The notes under the pieces were generated by a model, which was given only the letters and a program-made list of their open reading frames with translations, was not told the origin of the DNA and ran no database searches. A DNA stretch of 32,000 nt from Acaryochloris thomasi RCC1774 (GTDB taxonomy: Bacteria; Cyanobacteriota; Cyanobacteriia; Thermosynechococcales; Thermosynechococcaceae): NCBI RefSeq assembly GCF_003231495.1, contig NZ_PQWO01000024.1:1-32000 (forward strand), given 5' to 3'. The translations under genes and the position numbers were made by a program. Below are positions 17,297 to 27,081 of this stretch, one piece after another (the first letter of the stretch is position 1; every line of letters starts with the position of its first letter).

Positions 17297-17503
17297 GTAC
17301 TAGGTGACTATGCCGATCATGTTCTAGATTTCACCGCTATTGAATCACAGGTGTGGGGGAAGTTGCGCGTACCCCATTCTCAAAATGCTTTGGACAAACA
17401 GATTGCTGCTACGGCTCTGAGCTATGGATTAACCCTCGTGAATTGGAACGTTCGTGATTTTGAGGGGACCGATGTTAAGGTCGTTAACCCATTCTGTACG
17501 TGA
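17297..17503 (+). pseudogene. C-terminal remnant of a PIN-domain (VapC/FitB-like) toxin gene
   Basis: Hand translation in the frame ending at TGA 17501-17503 gives VLGDYADHVLDFTAIESQVWGKLRVPHSQNALDKQIAATALSYGLTLVNWNVRDFEGTDVKVVNPFCT. This matches the C-terminal half of PIN toxins (..iLpFd..aa..wg.l......g......D..IAAtAl.hgltLvTrNvrDFe...g..v.NPf). A TGA lies immediately upstream at 17294-17296. There is no start codon and no N-terminal PIN acidic motif. The fragment is absent from the ORF track. Confidence 0.55.
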
Positions 17504-17651
17504 AACCATTTTGAGTCTCAGAATTCATTAATGTCTCAGGATTTCCTCAATTACTCTAGTTCTGAATGAATTAAGGTGATAGCGAAGGCGCAAAGCTAGG
17601 CACTACGCGGCTATTCTACAGCTAGAAAAGATCACAACTGGAGCCATCAAT

Positions 17652-18332
17652 ATGAAGATTCTCATGATTTTGACCTCCCACGATCGCTTGGGCGACACCG
17701 ATAAGAAAACAGGCTTTTGGCTAGAAGAATTTACGGCCCCCTATTACGTCTTTAAAGATGCTCAGGCCCAGATCACACTCGCTTCTCCTAAAGGAGGACA
17801 GCCTCCCCTTGACCCGAAAAGCAATGACCCGAGCCAGCAAACTGATTCTACCCATCGTTTTGATGCCGATCCAGAAGCCCAAGCCGCACTTGCCAATACA
17901 GTGACCCTGAACAGCATCAACGCTGCTGACTATGATGCCGTTTTCTATCCCGGAGGTCACGGGCCGCTATGGGATCTGGCAGAAGACTCTAAGTCTATTG
18001 CGGTGATTGAGGCGATGTTTGCCGCTGGGAAAACGGTCTCTGCTGTGTGTCATGCTCCTGCTGTATTTCGCCATACTAAGACGCCTGATGGCGCGCCTCT
18101 TGTGCAAGGAAAATCTGTGACTGGCTTTAGCAATACGGAAGAGGCTGCTGTTGAATTGACTGAGATCGTCCCCTTTTTAGTTGAAGATGAACTCAAATCT
18201 AGGGGTGGCAACTACTCCAAGGGCGAAGACTGGCAACCCTACATCCTCACGGATGGAAAATTGATCACGGGTCAGAATCCAGCATCCTCGGCGGCGGTGG
18301 CTCAGGCCGTTTTGAAGCAACTGCAAGGATAG
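17652..18332 (+). CDS. DJ-1/PfpI family (type 1 glutamine amidotransferase-like) protein
   Basis: The 226-aa product has the nucleophile-elbow Cys-His (VSAVCHAPAVF), the YDAVFYPGGHGP motif and the typical C-terminus LITGQNPASS. GGAG lies 8 nt upstream of the ATG. Confidence 0.85.
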   Translation: MKILMILTSHDRLGDTDKKTGFWLEEFTAPYYVFKDAQAQITLASPKGGQPPLDPKSNDPSQQTDSTHRFDADPEAQAALANTVTLNSINAADYDAVFYPGGHGPLWDLAEDSKSIAVIEAMFAAGKTVSAVCHAPAVFRHTKTPDGAPLVQGKSVTGFSNTEEAAVELTEIVPFLVEDELKSRGGNYSKGEDWQPYILTDGKLITGQNPASSAAVAQAVLKQLQG

Positions 18333-18455
18333 ATGCGCTGTACTCCCGATGGTGCAATGGGCTAAGGCAAGATTGTTATTGCTGTGGGTTTCCCTTAGAC
18401 TGTTGCCAGCGTGGCGGTCATAGACGCCAGCATGGTTCAGCAACGGGAGTCGAGA

Positions 18456-19796
18456 ATGGCTACGGCCAAAATTAAGCCAAAGGAACGAGATGCCGTCATT
18501 CAGGCTTTGCAGGCTGGTGTTGTTCCCCGTAAAGGTCAGCATCTGATCCAGGTGGGCCGTGTAGAAGAAATTAAGGCACTATTGCGTGACATTGAGCGGA
18601 TTACTGATGGTGGCTCTGCAACCCGCTTTGTGATTGGCGAATATGGTTCGGGTAAAACCTTCTTTCTGTCGCTAATGCGTACGATCGCAATGGAAAAGAA
18701 GTTTGTCACCACCCAGGCTGATCTCACGCCCGATCGCAGGCTCCATGCCACAAACGGACAGGCCCGTGCTCTGTATTCTGAGTTGATGGCGAATTTGTCT
18801 ACGCGCACGAAGCCTGAAGGTGGTGCCCTGTCTAGTGTCGTGGAGCGGTTTGTGACATCCGCTATTGCAGAGGGACGCGATCGCAACTTAGACCCCGAAG
18901 AAATCATCCGAGAGCGATTGGCTCATCTTTCTGAGTATGTGGGGGGCTATGACTTCGCCGAAGTCATTGCTGCCTACTGGCGGGGCCACGACTCTGGAGA
19001 CGATACTCTCAAAGCCAATGCTGTCCGCTGGCTGCGAGGAGAATTCACCACTAAAACTGAAGCCCGTGCGGCTTTGGGGGTGCGCTCCATCGTAGATGAT
19101 GCCTCTGTTTATGATCAGCTAAAGCTGTTTGCCCAGCTCGTGAAGCTAGCAGGCTACAGCGGTTTCCTGGTGTGCATGGATGAGATGGTCAATCTCTATA
19201 AAATGGCCCATACCCAGTCCCGCAAAACGAACTACGAGCAAATCTTACGCATCCTCAACGATAGCCTGCAGGGCACAGCCTCTGGTATTGGTTTTATCAT
19301 GGGCGGCACACCAGAATTTCTCATGGATTCGCGCAAGGGTCTCTACAGCTATCCGGCGCTTCAGACCCGTTTGGCCGAGAATAGCTTTGCTGCTCAAGGA
19401 CTGGTCGACTACACTGGCCCTGTGATCCGGCTCGCGAACCTGAGTGCAGAAGACTTATATATATTGCTCAGCAAAATTCGGATGGTGTTTACCAGCGGCA
19501 ATCCTAAGCAGAAGTTGATTCCCGATGACGGTATCCAGGCTTTCATGGCCCACTGCTCGCAGTATATCGGCGAAGCCTATTTCCGCACTCCCCGAAACAC
19601 AATTAAAGCCTTTGTCGATCTGCTAGCGGTGCTGGAGCAAAATAAGCAGGTATCCTGGAAGGATCTAGTCACTCAGGTACAGGTGAACTCTGAAGTAAGT
19701 TCTTCGATATCTTCAGCGTCTGCCGCTTCAAGCAATGGTAAGCGAAGCAAGGACCAGCCTAAAGCAAGCGAAGACCTTGCTGCTTTTCGACTCTAG
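18456..19796 (+). CDS. BrxC/BrxD-family (DUF2791-like) P-loop ATPase, stand-alone
   Basis: The N-terminal segment is ERDAVIQALQAGVVPRKG. It is followed by Walker A FVIGEYGSGKTFFL and Walker B GFLVCMDEM, then a long helical C-terminal region and a Ser-rich tail. From memory this layout corresponds to the DUF2791/BrxD family. The ATG at 18456 has GGGAG about 7 nt upstream. The track ORF starts at GTG 18411. Confidence 0.7.
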   Translation: MATAKIKPKERDAVIQALQAGVVPRKGQHLIQVGRVEEIKALLRDIERITDGGSATRFVIGEYGSGKTFFLSLMRTIAMEKKFVTTQADLTPDRRLHATNGQARALYSELMANLSTRTKPEGGALSSVVERFVTSAIAEGRDRNLDPEEIIRERLAHLSEYVGGYDFAEVIAAYWRGHDSGDDTLKANAVRWLRGEFTTKTEARAALGVRSIVDDASVYDQLKLFAQLVKLAGYSGFLVCMDEMVNLYKMAHTQSRKTNYEQILRILNDSLQGTASGIGFIMGGTPEFLMDSRKGLYSYPALQTRLAENSFAAQGLVDYTGPVIRLANLSAEDLYILLSKIRMVFTSGNPKQKLIPDDGIQAFMAHCSQYIGEAYFRTPRNTIKAFVDLLAVLEQNKQVSWKDLVTQVQVNSEVSSSISSASAASSNGKRSKDQPKASEDLAAFRL

Positions 19797-19831
19797 GGCA
19801 AACTGTTTATCAAGACGGTGCGAAATCAGCT

Positions 19832-20287
19832 TCAGTGCTGCGACCGAATATGGTTCACGAGGGCACGTAGCCCCAAGGTATAGCTATCAGCACCAAAGCC
19901 ACTAATCTGGCCAACCACTACTGGCGCGATGTATGAATGATGACGAAAATCTTCGCGCTTGTAGATGTTGCTAAGGTGCACCTCGACTGCGGGGAGACCA
20001 ACAGATGCGATCGCATCTCTCAATGCGACACTCGTATGTGTGTAAGCTGCAGCATTAATAAGGATGCCTTGGTGCTGCTTTGCCGCACTTTGAACCGCGT
20101 CTACCAGACTGCCTTCATGATTTGACTGTAGCGGCTGAATCTTAGCGTCAAGTTCAGCAGAGAGCTGTATCAGAGCTTGATCAATGTCATTTAAGGTGGA
20201 CGAACCATATATCTCTGGTTCACGCTGCCCTAAAAGGTTCAAGTTTGGCCCATGCAGAACCAAGATGCTCAAGTCACCGATGCTCAA
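19832..20287 (-). CDS. aroQ: Type II 3-dehydroquinate dehydratase
   Basis: Family motifs are present: [37 protein letters not shown] and VEVHLSNI. There is no in-frame ATG. Candidate starts are TTG 20287 or TTG 20272, and the latter gives [10 protein letters not shown]. Confidence 0.9.
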   Translation of the reverse strand: MSIGDLSILVLHGPNLNLLGQREPEIYGSSTLNDIDQALIQLSAELDAKIQPLQSNHEGSLVDAVQSAAKQHQGILINAAAYTHTSVALRDAIASVGLPAVEVHLSNIYKREDFRHHSYIAPVVVGQISGFGADSYTLGLRALVNHIRSQH

Positions 20288-20307
20288 AATTCTGGGTAGC
20301 CGACTGG

Positions 20308-20445
20308 CTAGCGGTAGATTTCGCGGTTCCGAACAGGAATTGGCACAGGCTCCATTTCTGGTTCCATATCAGGACCAAGAAGGATCTCAGCGACCCGTCG
20401 GGCAACGTCCTTAAGCTTTTCCAGTACTTTATCCAAAAAATCCAT
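20308..20445 (-). CDS. Candidate small protein (45 aa) immediately upstream of aroQ
   Basis: Hand translation from ATG 20445 to TAG 20308-20310 gives [45 protein letters not shown]. This is an amphipathic helix followed by a Pro/Glu-rich tail. It ends 20 nt before the aroQ start region. It falls below the ORF-track length cutoff and has only a weak Shine-Dalgarno sequence. Confidence 0.3.
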   Translation of the reverse strand: MDFLDKVLEKLKDVARRVAEILLGPDMEPEMEPVPIPVRNREIYR

Positions 20446-21109
20446 GACAGGTACTGTTCCTAAAAATCAACATTTTAAAGGCAACAAATCTGCTGTAACA
20501 AGCTCGGTAAAACAGATTGTTAATGAAGCTAACGTTACTTTTTGTTAACTCTACTCTTCTATTTATAGCATGTTTTTCTAGAAGAGTGCATGGTGCAAAC
20601 TGCTGAACTGCAAGAACTTTAACTCTCTATAGAGCCTCTATTGCAGCCTTCAACTTGCAATGCTTCTATACAATATCGGCTCTGGGGCCGAATAAAAGTT
20701 AACCTAATGTTTCCTTAAGCTTATGGACAAAGATGCGCCGACCAGAGTATCTTCTCTCCTCCACTAGTGCGATAGTGCCGGAACGCATCGCTAAGTACTT
20801 GTCGTAATCTTAGGCATCTCTTCCTTTTGCTCCATCCGTCTAGCCCTTACAATTAAGTATGTGTACGGTCGCTAACCTATAGAGTGACTGCCTTCGCCCT
20901 GTTCTCTTGGCCTTACAAGCTAAGGTGCTTTTGTAAGCAATTACTGCCGGTTTTGTAACGCACCGTAAACAAGTGTTGCGAAATTTCTATCAAATTGTGT
21001 CAGTTCCAGTGTTGTCGTCGTTTTAGTTTCGATTTCTTTGATAGAGATCGTAAATATAAACGAAGGATCGTCAACAAACGTATACCCTGTCCCTAAGGAG
21101 TTCGCTTGC

Positions 21110-24100
21110 ATGTTCACCCACGTCAAATCCACGATTAGACACGTTGCGCCTAATGATTTGCGCGGTCGCTCCTTGATGAAAGTGGTCTATGTCGTGTTAG
21201 AGCCGCAGTATCAAAGCTCGCTCACGGCGGCAGCTAAGGCCATTAATAAGGGTCACTCGGAGTTAGCCATTGAGTTAAGTGGCTATTTGCTCGAAGAGTT
21301 GCGCTCTCCTGAGAACTATGAAGCCTTTCAAGAAGATGTCGCGAACGCCAATATCTTTATTGCATCTTTAATCTTTATTGAAGACCTTGCCGATAAGGTT
21401 GTCGAAGCTGTTCAGCCCCACCGTGACAATTTAGATGTAGCGGTGGTGTTCCCATCGATGCCGCAGGTTATGCGCCTCAACAAGATGGGTAGCTTTACGA
21501 TGGCGAATTTGGGTCAGTCCCAAAGTGCGATCGCACAGTTCATGCGCAAGCGGAAAGAAGAGAAGGGGGCCTCTTTCCAAGACGGCATGTTGAAGCTCTT
21601 GCGGACATTGCCCAAGGTGCTTAAGTACCTGCCAGTAGACAAGGCGCAGGATGCTCGCAACTTCATGCTCAGCTTTCAGTATTGGCTCGGTGGCTCAGAG
21701 GACAACCTTGAGAACTTCCTGCTGATGCTGGCGAATCGGTATATTCCTGAGCTTGAGGATAAGGTTCAATTTGCCGATCCGGTCACCTATCTTGATACAG
21801 GGATTTGGCATCCGCTAGCGTTGGAAATGTTCAGCGATGTTAAAGAGTACCTCAACTGGTTCTCTTCTCGTAAAGATATCCCTGAGGCTCTGCGGGCAGT
21901 CGATGCGCCTACCGTGGGCCTGATTTTGCAACGGACACATTTGGTAACAGGCGATGATGCTCACTACGTTGCGACCGTTCAAGAGCTAGAGTCTCGCGGC
22001 GCTCGGGTCATTCCCGTATTCGCAAGTGGTCTAGACTTTTCGAAGCCCGTTGAGGAGTACTTCTATGATCCGGCCAACGGGCAGACTCCGCTTGTAGATG
22101 CGGTTGTTTCTCTCACGGGTTTTGCCCTAGTCGGCGGTCCTGCGCGTCAGGATCATCCCAAGGCGGTGGATGCGCTCAAGAAGCTGAATCGCCCCTATAT
22201 GGTGGCGCTGCCGCTGGTGTTCCAAACCACTGAGGAATGGGAGGAGAGCGATCTGGGCCTTCACCCAATTCAGGCAGCGCTGCAGATTGCGATTCCTGAA
22301 TTAGATGGTGCGATTGAGCCGATTGTTTTGTCGGGTCGTGACGGGGTGACCGGACGTGCGATCGCACTTCAAGATCGTATTGAGATGGTCGCCCAGCGAG
22401 CCATGAAGTGGGTCAACCTCCGCCATAAGAAACGGGCTGAAAAGAAGTTGGCGATCACGGTCTTCAGTTTCCCGCCAGATAAAGGCAACGTCGGTACAGC
22501 CGCCTACCTAGATGTCTTCGGTTCTATTTATAAAGTGATGGAAACTCTCAAAGAAGAAGGCTACTCCATCGAAGGTCTGCCGGAGACGTCAGAAGAGCTA
22601 ATGCTGGAGATTCTCCATGATGCGCAAGCTCAGTACAACAGTCCTGAACTCAACATCGCTCATCGGATGTCTGTCAGTGAGTACGAATCCCTGACACCCT
22701 ATTCACAGCGTTTAGAGGAGTCCTGGGGTAAGCCACCGGGAAATCTTAATAGCGACGGTCAGAACCTTCTAATCTTTGGTAAGCACTACGGCAATTTGTT
22801 TATCGGTGTTCAGCCTACTTTTGGTTATGAAGGCGATCCGATGCGGCTGCTGTTCTCTCGCTCAGCGAGTCCTCACCACGGATTTGCGGCCTACTACACC
22901 TATCTAGAGAAAGTATGGCAGGCGGATGCGGTTCTTCACTTCGGTACCCACGGCTCTCTGGAGTTCATGCCCGGAAAGCAGATCGGTATGTCTAACGACT
23001 GCTATCCCGACACGCTAATCGGCAATATTCCCAACCTTTATTACTATGCGGCTAACAATCCGTCAGAGGCGACGATTGCAAAGCGACGCAGTTATGCCAA
23101 CACGATCAGCTACCTCACGCCTCCAGCGGAGAATGCTGGTCTTTATAAAGGGCTGAAGGAACTCAATGAACTCATTGGCTCTTATCAGACGCTAAAAGAC
23201 AGCGGTCGCGGTGTCGCGATTGTCAACACGATTATGGACAAGGCTCGTCTTTGTAATCTCGATCAGGATGTAAACCTGCCAGATGTAGATGCTGAAACGA
23301 TGTCCGCTGGAGAGCGCGACACGATAGTCGGCAAGATCTACATCAAGCTAATGGAGATTGAGGCGCGTCTGCTGCCCTGTGGTCTGCATGTGGTGGGTAA
23401 GCCCCCGACTGCAGAAGAAGCGATCGCAACTCTAGTCAACATCGCCAGCCTTGATCGTGAAGAAGAAGAAATCGTCAGTCTGCCCAGCCTGATTGCCCGC
23501 AGCGTCAATCGTGACCGAGAAGAGATTTTTCACAACAGCGATCGCGGTGTGCTTGAGGATGTGGAGTTACTCAACTCCATCACTGAAGCGACCCGCGCGG
23601 CAGTCTCCGCTCTTGTCCATACCCAAATTGATGAAGAGGGCCGCGTTTCTAAGCTGTCACCGCTGAAGCTATTCAACTTCGGCAAAAAGCAAGAGCCTTG
23701 GGTCAAAGCTCTTGCAGAATCCGGCTATCCTGACGTGGATGAAGAGACGCTGCAGCCGCTGATTGAGTATCTAGAGTTCTGCCTCAAGCAGGTGGTAGCC
23801 GACAACGAAGTCGGTGCTCTAGTCCAGGCTTTAGAAGGTGAGTACGTTCTTCCTGGCCCTGGCGGCGACCCCATTCGCAATCCAGATGTACTGCCCACGG
23901 GCAAGAATATCCATGCCCTCGATCCGCAGGCGATTCCAACTGCCGCAGCCGTGCAGTCGGCCAAAGTAGTTGTCGACCGGCTTCTAGAGCGTCAGAAGAT
24001 TGAGAATAATGGTGAGTGGCCTGAGTCTATTGCTCTTGTTCTCTGGGGCACAGACAACATCAAAACCTATGGTGAATCTCTTGCCCAGGTTATGTGGATG

Positions 24101-25087
24101 GTAGGCGCTAAGCCCATGCCTGACTCTCTTGGTCGCGTCAATAAGATCGAGCTGCTGTCTCTTGAGGAATTGGGTCGCCCTCGTATTGACGTGGTGGTGA
24201 ATTGTTCTGGCGTCTTCCGAGATTTGTTCATCAACCAAATGGCGCTGCTCGACAAAGCTGTGAAGATGGCAGCGGAAGCTGACGAGCCGCTAGAGATGAA
24301 CTTTGTTCGTAAGCACGCGATGCAGCAGGCCGACGATTTAGGTGTCAGTGTCCGACAGGCCGCGACTCGAATCTTCTCCAATGCCTCTGGTTCTTACGCA
24401 GCCAACGTAAACCTGGCAGTTGAAAACAGCAGTTGGGACGAAGAGGCTGAACTGCAGGAGATGTATCTGCAGCGCAAGTCCTTTGCCTTCTCGTCAGATA
24501 GCCCTGGCGATATGGACCAGTCTCGGCAGATTTTGGAAGCATCGCTCAAAACTGTAGATGCCACATTCCAAAACCTAGATTCCTCTGAGATTAGCCTCAC
24601 GGACGTGAGTCACTACTTTGACTCGGATCCAACAAAGGTGGTTTCGAGTCTTCGGGACGATAAGAAGAAGCCAAATTCGTATATTGCTGATACAACAACG
24701 GCGAATGCACAAGTGCGATCGCTCAGCGAAACCGTCCGTCTTGATGCCCGTACGAAGCTCCTCAATCCCAAGTGGTATGAGGGAATGCTTAGCCACGGTT
24801 ACGAAGGTGTGCGTGAGCTATCCAAGCGATTGGTCAATACAATGGGCTGGTCGGCAACGGCTGGTGCCGTAGATAACTGGGTTTATGAAGATGTGAACAC
24901 TACCTTCATCGACGATGAAGAGATGCGGAATCGCTTGATGAACCTCAACCCTCACTCGTTTCGTAAGGTGGTTAGCACTTTGCTGGAGGTCAATGGTCGC
25001 GGCTATTGGGAAACCAGTGAAGAGAACCTCGATAAGCTGCGTGAGCTTTACCAAGAGGTCGAAGACAAAATTGAAGGGGTTGAATAA
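21110..25087 (+). CDS. chlH: Magnesium chelatase subunit H
   Basis: The product is about 1325 aa and starts [30 protein letters not shown], the characteristic cyanobacterial ChlH N-terminus. CobN/Mg-chelatase motifs run throughout. The track start at TTG 21038 adds 24 implausible residues. Confidence 0.95.
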   Translation: MFTHVKSTIRHVAPNDLRGRSLMKVVYVVLEPQYQSSLTAAAKAINKGHSELAIELSGYLLEELRSPENYEAFQEDVANANIFIASLIFIEDLADKVVEAVQPHRDNLDVAVVFPSMPQVMRLNKMGSFTMANLGQSQSAIAQFMRKRKEEKGASFQDGMLKLLRTLPKVLKYLPVDKAQDARNFMLSFQYWLGGSEDNLENFLLMLANRYIPELEDKVQFADPVTYLDTGIWHPLALEMFSDVKEYLNWFSSRKDIPEALRAVDAPTVGLILQRTHLVTGDDAHYVATVQELESRGARVIPVFASGLDFSKPVEEYFYDPANGQTPLVDAVVSLTGFALVGGPARQDHPKAVDALKKLNRPYMVALPLVFQTTEEWEESDLGLHPIQAALQIAIPELDGAIEPIVLSGRDGVTGRAIALQDRIEMVAQRAMKWVNLRHKKRAEKKLAITVFSFPPDKGNVGTAAYLDVFGSIYKVMETLKEEGYSIEGLPETSEELMLEILHDAQAQYNSPELNIAHRMSVSEYESLTPYSQRLEESWGKPPGNLNSDGQNLLIFGKHYGNLFIGVQPTFGYEGDPMRLLFSRSASPHHGFAAYYTYLEKVWQADAVLHFGTHGSLEFMPGKQIGMSNDCYPDTLIGNIPNLYYYAANNPSEATIAKRRSYANTISYLTPPAENAGLYKGLKELNELIGSYQTLKDSGRGVAIVNTIMDKARLCNLDQDVNLPDVDAETMSAGERDTIVGKIYIKLMEIEARLLPCGLHVVGKPPTAEEAIATLVNIASLDREEEEIVSLPSLIARSVNRDREEIFHNSDRGVLEDVELLNSITEATRAAVSALVHTQIDEEGRVSKLSPLKLFNFGKKQEPWVKALAESGYPDVDEETLQPLIEYLEFCLKQVVADNEVGALVQALEGEYVLPGPGGDPIRNPDVLPTGKNIHALDPQAIPTAAAVQSAKVVVDRLLERQKIENNGEWPESIALVLWGTDNIKTYGESLAQVMWMVGAKPMPDSLGRVNKIELLSLEELGRPRIDVVVNCSGVFRDLFINQMALLDKAVKMAAEADEPLEMNFVRKHAMQQADDLGVSVRQAATRIFSNASGSYAANVNLAVENSSWDEEAELQEMYLQRKSFAFSSDSPGDMDQSRQILEASLKTVDATFQNLDSSEISLTDVSHYFDSDPTKVVSSLRDDKKKPNSYIADTTTANAQVRSLSETVRLDARTKLLNPKWYEGMLSHGYEGVRELSKRLVNTMGWSATAGAVDNWVYEDVNTTFIDDEEMRNRLMNLNPHSFRKVVSTLLEVNGRGYWETSEENLDKLRELYQEVEDKIEGVE

Positions 25088-25109
25088 CTGCTTCTCGGTT
25101 TGAAATTAC

Positions 25110-25144
25110 AAAGCGCCTTGCCTTTTGGTGGGGCGTTGTTTTTG
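25110..25144 (+). terminator. Rho-independent terminator downstream of chlH
   Basis: The sequence is AAAGCGCCTTGCC-TTTT-GGTGGGGCGTT followed by GTTTTT. It starts 23 nt after the chlH stop. The stem contains several G-U pairs. Confidence 0.6.
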
Positions 25145-25456
25145 AAGGGATGGTGGGGCTACTCGCCACTGATTCCTACAATGTCTTCGCCTGCTTCCAA
25201 AAGCTCCAGTGACCTTGTCTTGAAAAAGTTGATACTCCGTTCAAGGAAACGATCTAGGACAATGTCGCTGGCTCATCAATCGCAAAAATAGGCAAGTTGA
25301 AACTTGTTGGCTTAGCCAAGCTGTTGAGGTTCTAGATTCCCTAATATTCTCTCAGGGGAGTCTGTTCTACTTAGCTCCACGCTGCAGCTGAAATCTATTT
25401 GATCGGAGGTGTCTGCGGCAGGGTGATATTTTCCCTTGCTGAGAGCGACTGTCATC

Positions 25457-27001
25457 TCAAGAACCATCAGCATGAAGCTTAACAATTGCCGTTGATTTCT
25501 GCTGCTGGATAAATGCTGCATAGGTTTCTGAGGGGCAATCGCCGAGCTGATCTACTTTTTGCCGCTCTCCACCCTGGGTGAAATCAATGCTAAATAGCCC
25601 GAACCGGGGTGTATAGGACCCCCATTCGTAGTTGTCGGTTAACGACCAATGCATGTAGCCCACCAGCGGAATCTTTTCCTCTCGTAAGCGCTGTACTTGC
25701 CCAAGGTGGGCTTTCAAAAAGTCACTGCGGCTGAGCTGATCCTGTCGGGGCGCGACAATACTGTTGTCCGGTTTGCGCCGTAGGGCCATGCCATTTTCTG
25801 CAATCAGAATGGGTAGGTCAGGAAAAGCTTGGGCATAGTATTGGGTGAAGAAATATAGCCCATTGGGTAGACTGCGCCATTCCCACCATTTGCTCATCAT
25901 GCCGCTCACGAGCCAGCTTCTTAGACCTTTTGTTTCGAACTCAAAGTCTGAAAAGATTGGAAACCTCAATGTGTGAGCTAAAAACGGATCGTAGTAGTCA
26001 AAAGCGAGGTAATCGACGACTTGCGATCGCACCGATCCTTCCAAAACCTGAAAGAACTTCTCTAGCTTGCTGGCTTCGAAGGTCCGATGCCCAGCCTGGT
26101 TTGCGACCCAGCGCACCGCTTGTCCCAATCGGTAGGGTAAGTCGCGCTTGAATGGAAAGTTAGCTTCACTCAAGGCTGTCTCTAATCGTTTGGCACTGTT
26201 GTATACGTAGTCCGATAGGTCGGCACGCTGAATACCTCGCTGTCTGCTGAGCAACAAATCCCAGATCAGCTGGTCAGACCAGTACAGATCGCTACAGTAG
26301 GTGTTGAGCGAGACCTTCGGCGTTGGCCATCCCTGGGCTTCGTAGGTGTCGTGAATTAAATTGTAGGCGTAGACATGGGCCGCTAATAAATGACTGTAGG
26401 CTCGAAAAATATGGTCCAGACCGCCCTTTGTCTCTGAAGGAAATTGATCATTGAGATAGGTGTTGTTGACGAGAATATTGGGTTCGTTAATCGTGATATA
26501 CCAGTGGATTGGCGCTAGCTCATGAACCTCTACTAATCGACGATTGAGCTGCGTCACCGTCACCTGAACGTAATCAGCAAAAGCGCTAATGGTCCGCTCC
26601 TCTAGCCATGCATCTATTCCCAGCCAAGCGGGATGGGTAAAGTGCTGCAGCGTGACAATCGGTTCTAACCCCTGGCGGCGACAGGCGGCGATCCGATCGG
26701 CATAGGCATCGATGGCGGCGCGGTCATAGGTGGGAGCAAGGCCCGTTTGGTGGTCCGTGGTTGGCTGAATCCGTGGCCATTCTAGGCCCATTCGGAATGC
26801 CGTTAGCCCCATCTGTTTGCAGGTTGTAAAGTCGTCTTCATAGCGCTGCCAGAACTCTGACGCTGCACCCGTTGTCATCACCTCTCCGGATTGTTCTGCT
26901 TGAGACCAGTTGTTTTGGGGCTGGTCGGGGCCGTTGAAGCCCCCTTCGCTTTGATAACCAGAGGTGGCAACACCCCAGAGAAAGGGTTGGGTAGAAGTCA
27001 T
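25457..27001 (-). CDS. Glycoside hydrolase family 1 protein (beta-glucosidase-like)
   Basis: The GH1 N-terminal signature FLWGVATSGYQSEGG is present. So are the acid/base Glu in ITINEPN and the nucleophile Glu in ILIAENGMA, plus C-terminal HWSLTDNYEW. At 514 aa it is longer than the usual ~450 aa, and the region between the two catalytic Glu residues is divergent. Confidence 0.88.
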   Translation of the reverse strand: MTSTQPFLWGVATSGYQSEGGFNGPDQPQNNWSQAEQSGEVMTTGAASEFWQRYEDDFTTCKQMGLTAFRMGLEWPRIQPTTDHQTGLAPTYDRAAIDAYADRIAACRRQGLEPIVTLQHFTHPAWLGIDAWLEERTISAFADYVQVTVTQLNRRLVEVHELAPIHWYITINEPNILVNNTYLNDQFPSETKGGLDHIFRAYSHLLAAHVYAYNLIHDTYEAQGWPTPKVSLNTYCSDLYWSDQLIWDLLLSRQRGIQRADLSDYVYNSAKRLETALSEANFPFKRDLPYRLGQAVRWVANQAGHRTFEASKLEKFFQVLEGSVRSQVVDYLAFDYYDPFLAHTLRFPIFSDFEFETKGLRSWLVSGMMSKWWEWRSLPNGLYFFTQYYAQAFPDLPILIAENGMALRRKPDNSIVAPRQDQLSRSDFLKAHLGQVQRLREEKIPLVGYMHWSLTDNYEWGSYTPRFGLFSIDFTQGGERQKVDQLGDCPSETYAAFIQQQKSTAIVKLHADGS

Positions 27002-27081
27002 ATCCGTTTTTTGAGGTTTTTAGTAATCTCCTCCCAGAGGAGAGGCCGATGTACGGCCAGCTTTGGATCGCCAGCCTTTTG

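Noticed and set aside
21038-21109. A 24-codon N-terminal extension of chlH from TTG 21038
   Set aside because: The residues [12 protein letters not shown].. have no counterpart in ChlH. The canonical N-terminus [11 protein letters not shown] begins at ATG 21110.
20464-21109. NtcA-type (GTA-N8-TAC) or other regulator sites, and small ORFs, in the long AT-rich region upstream of chlH
   Set aside because: Several GTAAC/GTTAC half-sites exist, but none has the correct N8 spacing with a TAC partner. The small ATG ORFs there are 10-14 codons with no conservation evidence. The promoter cannot be placed without transcription start data.
25100-25521. Track ORFs 25100..25291 (+) and 25312..25521 (-) in the gap between chlH and the GH1 gene
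   Set aside because: The first starts inside the chlH terminator hairpin. The second overlaps the GH1 3' end out of frame. Neither has a recognisable motif. A short start-less minus-strand frame around 25180-25290 (..DIVLDRFLERSINFFKTRSLELLEAGEDIVGISGE) might be a gene remnant, but I could not assign it.
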